A stretch of DNA of 29,985 bases, taken from the NCBI GenBank assembly GCA_963702425.1, contig CAVPCQ010000007.1, positions 1-29,985 on the forward strand, read 5' to 3'. Of the stretch, positions 8,362 to 17,043 are shown one piece after another (the stretch's first letter is position 1; each line of letters starts with the position of its first letter). Source of the DNA: an uncultured Acidobacteriota bacterium (GTDB taxonomy: Bacteria; Acidobacteriota; Polarisedimenticolia; J045). The notes beneath the pieces were generated by a model. It was not told the origin of the DNA, ran no database searches, and worked only from the letters and a program-made list of their open reading frames with translations. A program made the position numbers and the translations under genes.

Positions 8362-9643
8362 TCACGCCGGATCGCCGGCGTCGTCGCGCACGATCAGCCG
8401 GAAGCGCGCCCCGCCGAGCGGGCCGCGCGTCACCTCGAGCGCGCCGCCGTGGCCGATCGCCACGCGCTCGACCACCGCGAGCCCGAGCCCGGTCCCCTCG
8501 GCGCGCGTCGTGAAGAAGGGCTCGAGCACCCGCGCGCGCAGCGCGTCGGGCACGCCCGGCCCCGAGTCGTCGACGTCGAAGCCGATCTCCTCGTCCCGCC
8601 GCCAGGCCGCGATCCGCGCCCGGCCGCCGGCCGGCGCGGCCTCGAGCGCGTTGCCGAGCAGGTTCAGCAGCGCCTGCAGCACCCCCTCGCGATCGAGCCG
8701 CGCCGGGAGCATCTCGCTCCCCTCCGGCGCCCCCAGCTCGATCCCGCGCGCGGCCGCGACCGGCGCCACGAACGACGCCGCCTCGCGCGCCAGCGCGGCC
8801 GCGTCGAGCGCGACGCGACGCGGCGCGCCGCCGCGCACCGTCGCCAGGATCCGCGTCACGGTCGCCGAGAGCTGCCGCACCCCGAGCAGGACCTGCTCGG
8901 CCAGCTCCTGCGCGTCGGGCCGGTCGGCGAGGTCGGTCGCCAGCATCGACGCGAACAGCTCCAGGCTGCCGAGCGGATTGCGCACCTCGTGCGCCAGCTC
9001 GGCCGCCATCCGTCCGAGCGCCTCGAGATTGCTCTGGCGGCGCGCCTGCTCCTCGAGGCGCACCAGCCGCGTGACGTCGTGCGCCAGCACGAGCCGGCCC
9101 GACGCGCCGCCGGGCAGCGTGACGGCGCGCGCGCGGACGACGAACGACCGGCCCGATGGGCCGTCGGGGCGGCGCGGCACGGCGGATGCCGCGGTGGGCA
9201 CGGCGGCATGGCCGGCAGCGGCGGCGGCAGCGGCGGGTACGGTGGGGGCCGAGCGGCGGCATCGCCGGCAGCGACGGCGGCATCGCCGGCCGCCAGCAGT
9301 TCAGGAAGCGGCCGCCCGGCCTCCGCGCCGAGCTGCCGCGCCGCCGCGTTGGCGGCCAGCGCCCGCCCGTCCGGCGCGGCCAGCACGACCGCCGCGTCGA
9401 GGTTGTCGAGCACGACGTCGAGCAGCCGCGACAGCCGGTCCTTCTCCGCCAGCGCCTGCTTCTGCCGCCGCGTCGCCCGCGTCAGCTCGTCGGCCAGCGC
9501 GCAGATCTCGCGCTCCAGCGCCTCCGCGTTCCGGCGCCACGCGTCCCCGGCGGATTGCGCTCGGGCGCCCCGCTCTGCGGCGCCACGCGCCCTGTAGGGG
9601 CCGGCCTCCGTGCCGGCCCGCCGACGCGCACCCCCACGCTCAT
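8362..9643 (-). CDS. Cytoplasmic PAS-HisKA-HATPase sensor kinase, FleS/FlgS/FlrB-like; frameshifted in this sequence
   Basis: The C-terminal frame has H-box 'ELAHEVRNPLGS', N-box 'NLLGNALEA', 'DSGPG' and 'EPFFTTRAEGTGLGL'. The coiled coil and PAS start ('VLDNLDAAVVLAAPDGRALAAN') are in a different frame, with the shift near the G5 run at 9244-9248. The start is uncertain: ATG 9643 overlaps the TPR gene stop but needs a second shift. Confidence 0.8.
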
Positions 9644-11484
9644 CGCGCACTCCCCCGCAGCGCCGCACCCGCCAGCGCCGACAGCCGCGGCAGGAGCAGC
9701 GCCGCCGCGCTCGCCACCGGCTCCGCCGGCTTCCCCTCGATCACCGCGGCGAGGCGCACCCGCGCGGCCTTGGCGTCGCCGCGCCGCGCCTCGCATTCGG
9801 CCAGCCGCACCTCGAGCCAGTCGGCCTGGTAGGCCAGCGCGATCGCGGCCCGCGCGGCGTCGTAGTCGCGGCAGGCGCGCGTCCAGTCGCCCTGCGTCGC
9901 GTAGAAGTCGCCGCGCAGCAGCGCGGTCTCGCCGTCGACCCGCGGCAGCGGTTCCAGCGCCTCGCGCACGCCGGCGGCGTCGTTGGCCGCGAACGCCGCG
10001 CGCGCGGCCAGCGCCCGGAGTTGCTGCGTCCCGGCCCCACCGTCGGGCGGCCCTTTCCCATCCTCCACGGTCTTGACCAGCTCGCGCGCGACATCCCAGC
10101 GCTGCTCGCGGCGCAGCGCTGCCAGCCGTTCCTCGCTGTCGGCCGGCAGTCCGGGCGGCTGCGCCTGGGGCCGGCAGCGTGCCAGCCCACGTCCCGCCTC
10201 GCGGTTGACCGGCGGATCCTCGAGCACGAGGGAGAGGTACGCGTTGGAGGCCCGGGCGCAGTCGCCGACCCCCTCCCACAGCTGCGCCGCAGCCAACCGC
10301 AGCGCGGGCGGGATCTCCAGCTCGGGATCGGCCTTCTCGACCAGTTGCACGACGAACGCCGCGCGCTCGGCCGGGACTTCCCGCGACGCCGCGAGACCGT
10401 CGAGCAGCACCGCCATCCGCTGCCTGGCCGGCCCGGCAACGGCCGGCCGTCCCTCGGCCACCACGGCCGCGAGCGCGATGACCGCTCCTTCCGTGCCGCG
10501 CCGCTCCAGCTCGATGTCCACGTAGCGCGAGAGGACGCGGTCGATCATCCCGGGATCGAAGCTCGTCGCCAGCACGGAGCGGAAGTCCTCGCCCGCTTCC
10601 TTCGAGCGTCCGGCGCGCTCCAGCAGCTCGGCGCGCGCGACGCGCGTCCCCTGCGCCGCGGCCGGCGGCAGCGGCTCGGCGATCGCCCGGCCCGCGATCT
10701 CGATCGCCGGCTCCAGGTCGCCCAGGTCGCCGCGGGCGCGCGCGGCGCGCACCAGCGCCTCGCCGCGACGCCGATCGTCCGGGAAGCGCGCGGCGAAGGC
10801 GAGCATCACCGACGAGGCCTCCGCCGGCGGCCCGAGCCGCTCGATCGCGTCGGCCTCGAGCCACGCCAGGTCGCGGTCGGCATTGGCCCGCTCGCGGTCG
10901 ATCGCGCGCAGCCGCTCGACCGTCGCCCGGACTTCGGTGGGCTGCCCCAGCTTCGAGTAGGTCTGCGCGAGCCGCGGCAGGACCGCGACCGGATCGACCA
11001 GCTTCTGCGCCAGCAGCTCCTCGTCGGCCTGCGCCGCCTCGCGGGCGAGGCCCACCCTCAGGTAGAGCGCCGGCAGCGCGCGCCGCGCGCGGACCGCGTA
11101 GGGCGAGTCGGGCGCGAGCTGGATCAGCTTCTGCAGGTCGGCCAGCGCGCGCTCGTCCTGGCCGAGGCGGCGCAGCGCGTTGCCGCGCCGCCAGCGGAGA
11201 GTCGCATCATCGGGCGAGAGCGCGAGCAGCCCGTCGGTGAGTTTGACGATCTCGATTTCGGACGCCGCGCCACTGCGGTCGAGCGCAGCGAGCAGCTCGC
11301 GCGCGGTCGTCTCCCAGGCCCCGCTCCCGACCGATCCCTTGAGCTGCGCGCGGAGCTCGGCGACCCGGTCGCGCTCGCGCTCCTCCCGGCCGGTGGGCGG
11401 CGGGACGGGCTCCTCCCCGGCCGCGCGCACGGCGGGCACGGCGACGGACACGAGCAGCAGCACGAGCGGCAGGAATTTCCGCAC
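9640..11484 (-). CDS. Secreted tetratricopeptide-repeat protein (about 614 aa)
   Basis: GTG 11484 after a GGAG RBS gives signal peptide 'MRKFLPLVLLLVSVAVPAVRA'. Repeated TPR helices follow (e.g. 'WRRGNALRRLGQDERALADLQKLIQLAP'). Confidence 0.75.
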   Translation of the reverse strand: MRKFLPLVLLLVSVAVPAVRAAGEEPVPPPTGREERERDRVAELRAQLKGSVGSGAWETTARELLAALDRSGAASEIEIVKLTDGLLALSPDDATLRWRRGNALRRLGQDERALADLQKLIQLAPDSPYAVRARRALPALYLRVGLAREAAQADEELLAQKLVDPVAVLPRLAQTYSKLGQPTEVRATVERLRAIDRERANADRDLAWLEADAIERLGPPAEASSVMLAFAARFPDDRRRGEALVRAARARGDLGDLEPAIEIAGRAIAEPLPPAAAQGTRVARAELLERAGRSKEAGEDFRSVLATSFDPGMIDRVLSRYVDIELERRGTEGAVIALAAVVAEGRPAVAGPARQRMAVLLDGLAASREVPAERAAFVVQLVEKADPELEIPPALRLAAAQLWEGVGDCARASNAYLSLVLEDPPVNREAGRGLARCRPQAQPPGLPADSEERLAALRREQRWDVARELVKTVEDGKGPPDGGAGTQQLRALAARAAFAANDAAGVREALEPLPRVDGETALLRGDFYATQGDWTRACRDYDAARAAIALAYQADWLEVRLAECEARRGDAKAARVRLAAVIEGKPAEPVASAAALLLPRLSALAGAALRGSAR

Positions 11485-11525
11485 CGGTCGACTCCATCGG
11501 CCACGGGGGACCGACCGATCCGAGC

Positions 11526-11541
11526 AGCAAGCGACGTGCCT
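11526..11541 (-). promoter_or_regulatory. Sigma54 (-24/-12) promoter of the TPR-fleS-fleR-like operon
   Basis: Minus strand reads AGGCAC-GTCGC-TTGCT, about 40 bp upstream of GTG 11484. Confidence 0.8.
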
Positions 11542-11670
11542 CGTTGGAGGGGTCGAAACTGCAGACCCTAAACCGCTGACAGAAAGCGAGTTAACGCTTT
11601 CTCGCGGATGCCGGGTCCGGCCGCGCCGCCGTCGGTTCCCCGTCACCCGGCAAGAAACTCCTTCCCGATG

Positions 11671-11684
11671 GTCGAAGTCTTGAC
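11671..11684. promoter_or_regulatory. Putative bEBP enhancer box GTC-N8-GAC
   Basis: GTCGAAGTCTTGAC, 130 bp upstream of the sigma54 -24 element; same format as 6989-7002. Confidence 0.45.
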
Positions 11685-11709
11685 ACCCCCGCCGGGCCGC
11701 CTATGTATT
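11680..11709 (+). promoter_or_regulatory. Putative sigma70 promoter of the FleQ-like gene
   Basis: Perfect TTGACA at 11680-11685 and AT-rich TATGTATT at 11702-11709 in otherwise very GC-rich DNA. The -10 match is imperfect. Confidence 0.45.
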
Positions 11710-11783
11710 CCATCTAGACACTGCGCACGAGACGGTCAGCCTCGAACCGACAGGGATGACGGGACGGAAGGGGAACGGGGAGC

Positions 11784-13190
11784 ATGCCGAGGGAGATCGA
11801 GCGCTTTCACATCGTGGTGGCGGAGGACGATCCGGGCCTGTTGCAGACCATCGTCGAGTACCTGGCGGAGCTGGGACACAAGGTGCGCGGCGCCGACCGC
11901 GCCGAGGCCGCCTGGAAGCTGCTCGTCGAGCAGCCGGCCGACATCCTGATCACCGACATCCAGCTCCCCGGCCAGAACGGCCTCGACCTGACCCGCCAGG
12001 CCCGCGAGCACTTCCCGCGGCTGGTCGTGCTCGTCGTCACCGGCTTCGCCTCGGTCGACTCCGCGGTCGAGGCGATGCGGGACGGCGCGGCCGACTACCT
12101 CTCCAAGCCGTTCTCGCTCGGCCAGCTCCGGTTCGCGCTCGAACGGGCGGCCGACACCCGCGCGCTGCGGGAGGAGAACGTCCTGCTGCGGACCGAGCTG
12201 GCCGAACGCTCCAGCTTCGACCGCATCATCGGCAAGAGCCCGTCGATGCAGCGGATGTTCCAGTTGCTCGACAAGGTGACGCAGGTCGACAGCACCGTGC
12301 TGATCACCGGCGAGAGCGGCGTCGGCAAGGAGCTGATCGTCCAGGCGCTGCACTACCGGCACCCGGTGCGCAAGGGCGGCCGCCTGGTCGCCGTCCACTG
12401 CGGCGCGATCCCTGAGAACCTGATCGAGTCCGAGCTGTTCGGCCACGTGCGCGGTGCCTTCACCGGCGCCGACCGCGACAAGCCCGGCCGCTTCGAGCTG
12501 GCCCGCGGCGGGACGCTGTTCCTGGACGAGATCGGCACGATGCGCCCCGACCTCCAGGTCAAGCTGCTGCGCGTGCTGCAGAGCCGGCAGGTCACGCGGG
12601 TCGGCGGCACCGCGGCGATTCCAATCGACGTCCGCGTCGTCGCCGCCACCAACGAGGACCTGAAGGGCAAGGTCGAGCGCGGGGAGTTCCGCGAGGACCT
12701 CTTCTACCGCCTCAACGTGATCCCGGTCTTCGTCCCGCCGCTGCGCGAGCGGCGTTCGGACGTCCCGTTGCTGGCCGCGCACTTCGTCGCCAAGTACGTC
12801 TCGCGCAACCGCCTGCCGGCCAAGGAGCTGTCGCAGGACGCGATGCGCGTGCTGATGCGCCACGAGTGGCCCGGCAACGTCCGCGAGCTGGAGAATGCGA
12901 TCGAGTTCGCCACCGTGATGTCGGGCGGCCGGACGTTCGTCGACGCGACCGACCTGCCGGTCGAGGTCGACGGCCAATCGCTCGCCCCGGCCGGCTCCTA
13001 CCAAGTCACCGAGGACGGCCTCGACTTCCGCGGCGTCGTCTCCGAGATCGAGCGCAACCTGATCCTGCAGAGCCTCGAGCTGACGCGTGGCAACAAGGCC
13101 CGCGCGGCACAGCTGCTGGACCTCAAGCGCACGACCTTCGTGGAGAAGCTCAAGCGGATCCAGCGGGGGCAGCCGACCTACGACGCGTGA
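11784..13190 (+). CDS. Sigma54-dependent activator (REC-AAA+-HTH), FleQ/FlrA-like flagellar master regulator
   Basis: GESGVGKE, '[25 protein letters not shown]', [11 protein letters not shown] and [10 protein letters not shown]. The HTH '[23 protein letters not shown]' resembles that of FleQ. Divergent from the flagellar operons. Confidence 0.85.
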   Translation: MPREIERFHIVVAEDDPGLLQTIVEYLAELGHKVRGADRAEAAWKLLVEQPADILITDIQLPGQNGLDLTRQAREHFPRLVVLVVTGFASVDSAVEAMRDGAADYLSKPFSLGQLRFALERAADTRALREENVLLRTELAERSSFDRIIGKSPSMQRMFQLLDKVTQVDSTVLITGESGVGKELIVQALHYRHPVRKGGRLVAVHCGAIPENLIESELFGHVRGAFTGADRDKPGRFELARGGTLFLDEIGTMRPDLQVKLLRVLQSRQVTRVGGTAAIPIDVRVVAATNEDLKGKVERGEFREDLFYRLNVIPVFVPPLRERRSDVPLLAAHFVAKYVSRNRLPAKELSQDAMRVLMRHEWPGNVRELENAIEFATVMSGGRTFVDATDLPVEVDGQSLAPAGSYQVTEDGLDFRGVVSEIERNLILQSLELTRGNKARAAQLLDLKRTTFVEKLKRIQRGQPTYDA

Positions 13191-13202
13191 CGCGAGGCCC
13201 CC

Positions 13203-13720
13203 TTACCGCCGCCCGCGCCGCGGCTTCCGCCCGAGCCCTCCGGACCCGCTCGGCGCCTCCGCCTCCTCGATCTCCGGCTCCGGACCGCCGGACCAGGTGA
13301 ACCGCCACGCCGCCCCCCGACGCCGCAGGGTTCCCGACCGCCGCGCGGCGTGATCACCGGGATCTGAAGCCTCGAACATCATCGTGACCGAGGACGGAAG
13401 CAGCGCCTCGGCGGAGAACGCCGGCGCTGCCGAGTGAAGATCTCGACTTCCGCTCCGGCGGCGCAGACGCTGGGGATAGACGACGCCGAGACGCTGCCGC
13501 GCTGGAGCGAGCAAGGGCACGCTCCCACAGAGCCGGAGCAGGCGCGCTGCGAGGCGACAGAGCTCGCCGGGTCGAGCAACGCGGCGAAGCGCCGGCGTCG
13601 TGCTCACGCAGGTGCTGACGTGGAAGTCGCCGCTACGAAGTATCGGCGCGCAGCTCCTCGTAGCGGTGACGCTGTCGTGCGAGGAGCCGCCGCGCCGATC
13701 TCGATCTCGTGGTCGCGGCA
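13203..13720 (-). pseudogene. C-terminal part of a RES-domain toxin (MbcT/ParT-like), heavily disrupted
   Basis: Minus-strand fragments across frames occur in RES order: HDSVT-YEELRAD-F-SGDFH; RFAA-LDPAS-VASQ; GS-LGVVYPSV-RRRSG; VGN-RRGAAWRFTWSGGPEPEIEE; stop TAA at 13205-13203. Recognised by eye from family memory. Confidence 0.65.
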
Positions 13721-15663
13721 GCCGGCGGCTCGACGCCGACGTCGAGACGATCGTCGGCAAGGCGCTGGAGAAGGACCTCGACCGCCGCTGAAGGCAGCGC
13801 GGCCGCGCTCGTCGTCGACCTCGAGCGCTACCTCGAACTCCCAGCCGGTCATGGCGCGCCCGCCGAGCGCGGCGTACCAGGACCGCAAGGTCGCGCAGCG
13901 CCATCGCCCGCTGGTCCTCGGAGTCTGCGGCGACGTCGCTGGCGCTGATCGCGGGCCTGATCGTGTCGACGGGCCTCTACTTCCGGGCCGAGCGCGAGAA
14001 GAAGAGCGCCGAGCAGGTCGCGAAGTTCCTTTCGTCGATGCTCGAGGGTGTGGGTGCGCAGGTCGCACAGGGGCGGGACACGGCGCTGCTGCGCGACATC
14101 CTCGAGAAGTCGACGGAACGGATCGGCAAGGAGCTGGGCGGCGACCCGGAGATCGAGGCGCACCTGCGCGACGTCATCGGCGTGGCCGTACTTCGAGCTC
14201 AACTGATTTCGAGCAGGCCGGCGCGCAGTGGAACCGCGCGCTCGAGCTGTACACCCGCGAGCGCGGCGAGGTCGACATGGACGTCGCGGTGCAGTACTCG
14301 AACCTGGGCCTGCTGGCCGAGGCGCAGAGCGACTACCCGGGGGCCGAGGCGCAGCTCCGCAAGGCCGTCGAGATCGCGCGGCGCGCGGGTCCGGGGAACA
14401 GGACGCAGCAGTTCGAGACGCAGTTGGCGAACTAGATCGAAAACCAGGCCCGCTACGACGAGGCCCGCATCCGGAAGGAGGCCGCGCTGGCGCGCCAGCG
14501 CGAGCTGGTCGAGGGTCGCACGAGGACCTGGCGGTGACGCTGAACCGCTGGGCAACGTGTACCACTACCTCGGCAAGCTGGAGCCCGCGGAGCAGTACTA
14601 CGGGGAGGCGCTCGCGATGCACCGCGAGGCGCTGGGCGACAAGCATCCCTTCGTCGCAACCGACATCATGAACATGGCTTTCCAGCTCGAACAGCTCGGC
14701 GAGGTGCCGAGGCGGAGGCGTCGTTCCGGGACGCGCTCGCGCGGTATCGCGCGCTCTATCCCGACGGCCACGACACGACCTCGACCTGTCTCACCGGCCT
14801 CGCGTCGCTGCTCCAGCGTGCCGGGAAGTACGACGAGGCCGAGCCCTGCAGCGGGAGGCCGTCGCCATGAACGAGACGATCTACGGCCCCAAGTCCGTCA
14901 TCTACGCGCGCTCGCTGGACAGCCTCGGCGCATCCTCGCGGCCAAGGCGACGGCGAAGCCGCGGACGAGGCCTCCTCGCGCGCCCGCGAAGGCGCGAGGT
15001 GCTCGGCACCAGGCATCCGGACGTGGCCTCGAGCCTGAACAACCTCGGGATGAGGAAGTTCGACGGCGCGAAGTTCTCGGAAGCGGAGGCGCTCATCGGG
15101 CAGGCCGTCGAGATCCAGCGCGAGGCCGCGGGCCTCGACAGCGGCCCGACGCTCGTGTTCATGAACAACCTGGCGCGGGCGCGCGAGGGGAAGGGCGACC
15201 TTGCCGGCGCGGAGACGCTCCTCCTCGAGGTCCTCGAGCGCCGGCGCAACGTCCTGGGAAAGGAGAGCGCGTACGTCGCGGTCACGGAGTACTACCTCTC
15301 GAGGCTGCTCTGCGACAACGGGCGCGCGCGCGACGCCGAGCCGTATTCCGCGAGTCCGCAGCCATCATGAAGGCCGCGCTGGGCGACAAGCACGTGCAGA
15401 CCTACCTGATGGAGCTGCAACTCGCCGAGGTGCTGACGGCGCTGGAGAAGCTCGACGAAGCGCAGGCCCTCGCCCGCGGGGTGCTGGAGCGTGCCACCGC
15501 GTCGGAGGGTCCCGAGTCGAAACCGGCCTTCGAGGCCCGCATCGAGCTGGGCCGGGCCCTCTCGGCCGCCGGCCGTCACGAGGAGGCGCTGAAGGAACTG
15601 GACGAGGTCCTGGCGAAGGGGGGACCCGTGATGACCGAGTCGTCGTCGGGTTCGCGCGCGTGA
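13345..15663 (+). pseudogene. Hanks-type Ser/Thr kinase-TM-TPR protein; N-lobe missing, many frameshifts
   Basis: Remnants RGVI[H]RDLK[P]SNIIV (13345-13390), VKI[L]DF, KGTLP..PEQAR and 'LDADVETIVGKALEKD', then PVMARPPSAAYQ, a TM segment and TPR_12-like repeats (HPDVASSLNNLG, HPFVATDIMNMA) spread over all three frames. Confidence 0.8.
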
Positions 15664-15715
15664 GCCACGGTGTCGGCCTGGCGCAGCGGGGCGGGCGCGG
15701 GAGCGGGCTGCTCAA
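15628..15715 (-). pseudogene. N-terminal fragment of the RES-domain toxin
   Basis: TTG 15715 abuts the antitoxin end and reads MSSPLPR..PLRQADT...PDDDSVIT, resembling RES-toxin N-termini (LRQxDTxRLIP...DSVL). Confidence 0.5.
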
Positions 15716-16186
15716 CGCCGCCCCGGCGCGCGTCGAGCAGCCGGCGCACCGTCTGCAGCGCGAGCAGTCCGCCCCCGGCCATGTACTCGAGCGGGGTGCG
15801 GCCGCCGAAAATGACGTTGGTGTTGGGCAGCGTGACCCACTCGTCGGCCAACTCGTTGCCGTAGAGGATGTGCAGCGCCTTGTAGATCCCGACGAGGTAG
15901 GAGATGCGCGTGAGGCGATCGACGTCGAGCACGCGCCCGGGGTGCTTCTTCCATTCGTAGTAGGTGCTGCTGGAGACCCCGGGCACGAGCGTATCCCGGG
16001 CGTCCTCAGTCGCGGAGCCGATGCCGATCCGGCGATGGACGAGAGCGCGAAGAAGCCGGCGGAGTGCGGCGGACGCGACAGCCCTCGCGCTCGGAGCCGG
16101 GAAGGTCAGGTCACGAGCGGACGCTCGTGCCGAGACGGCTCGAAGCGACTGGCGGGATAGGGTCGCGAAGCGGCCGAGGAACCCAT
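15712..16186 (-). CDS. Xre/MbcA/ParS-family antitoxin (HTH plus toxin-binding domain); frameshifted in this sequence
   Basis: 'GVSSSTYYEWKK...RLTRISYLVGIYKALHILY...LADEWVTLPNTNVIFGGRTPLEYM..GG...VRRLLDARRGG'. The N-terminus MGSSAASRPYPASRFEP from ATG 16186 is broken by indels. The probable stop TGA (15714-15712) is out of frame; one extra T would restore it. Confidence 0.85.
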
Positions 16187-16195
16187 GGAGCGTCG

Positions 16196-16231
16196 CCGAT
16201 TACGGATATAACGTACCACTACCGATATCGG
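16196..16231. promoter_or_regulatory. Two palindromic operator-like sites in the antitoxin promoter
   Basis: CCGATTACGG (16196-16205) and perfect palindrome CCGATATCGG (16222-16231) flank an AT-rich patch just upstream of ATG 16186. Confidence 0.45.
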
Positions 16232-16273
16232 AGCAGCGCAGAGGGCCGAACGCCTCGCGCCGCTTCAGCGCGA

Positions 16274-16303
16274 TGGACACCAGCCGCACGAGGGCTGTAA
16301 TCT
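16274..16303 (+). promoter_or_regulatory. Possible sigma70 promoter of the PspA operon
   Basis: TGGACA-N18-TAATCT, about 40 bp upstream of ATG 16342. Confidence 0.3.
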
Positions 16304-16341
16304 GTTGCGAAAACTGAATTTCTGGCGACTGCGAGGGGGCC

Positions 16342-16998
16342 ATGACCGACGGCAAGAGGGGCTGGGGCGGCACCGTTCTCGGATGGTTCGTAGTCCGCGA
16401 CGACCAGGACGCCGAGGCCACGGAAACCGGTGCGGATGCGCCTGATACGGGGTCGTTGCCGCCCGCGGTGGAGCCGGTCGGCGAGCTGCCCGACGCGCCG
16501 GACGGAGTCGTGGATTTCGAGGCGGTCTTCGGGGCCTTCGGCATCGACGCCGAGGCCCGGGACCGCCTGGCCAAGGCGGATGGACTGCTCGAGAGCCTGC
16601 CCGCAGGCACCGACGCGACGGTGAAGCGGCAGATCGTCGAAGCGTCGCTCAAGGCCTTCGGGGTGCCGGTCGAGCAGATGATCGAGACCGCCTGCGAGGA
16701 GATCCAGGCGCTCGACGCCTACCAGCGCAGGGCCGGCGCTAACCTCCAGGCCTTCTGCGACGCGGCGGGGCAGCGGGTCGCGACGCTGGAAGCGGAGATC
16801 CGCTCGATCCGGGCCTCGATGGACCAGGAAGTGGAGAACCAGAAGAAGACGCTCGAGACCTGCAACCGGAAGAAGCTCGAGGTGCAGCACGTGCTCGAGT
16901 TCTTCGGCCCGGAAGCAGTCGGTCGCATCGTGCGGGCCTCGCCGAAACTGATCGATCCGAGCGCGCCCGGAGCGGCCGGCGGCCCGCCGGCGAAGTAG
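16342..16998 (+). CDS. Hypothetical helical/coiled-coil protein, first gene of the PspA operon
   Basis: 218 aa with a GAGGGGG RBS. N-terminal 'GWGGTVLGWFVV' hydrophobic patch, acidic Pro-rich linker and long C-terminal coiled coil; codon usage looks coding. Confidence 0.85.
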   Translation: MTDGKRGWGGTVLGWFVVRDDQDAEATETGADAPDTGSLPPAVEPVGELPDAPDGVVDFEAVFGAFGIDAEARDRLAKADGLLESLPAGTDATVKRQIVEASLKAFGVPVEQMIETACEEIQALDAYQRRAGANLQAFCDAAGQRVATLEAEIRSIRASMDQEVENQKKTLETCNRKKLEVQHVLEFFGPEAVGRIVRASPKLIDPSAPGAAGGPPAK

Positions 16999-17043
16999 CG
17001 TTCGCGGGCGCGCCGCCGCGCCCCCTGAAGGAGAGCCCACCCC

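Noticed and set aside
13203-13904. Intact 233-aa minus-strand gene
   Set aside because: Only patches resemble RES, and the motifs switch frames. Treated as a disrupted or chimeric fragment.
13720-15630. Kinase-TPR segment as a mobile element inserted in RES
   Set aside because: No transposase, integrase, terminal inverted repeats or target duplication seen, and the junctions are blended rather than sharp.
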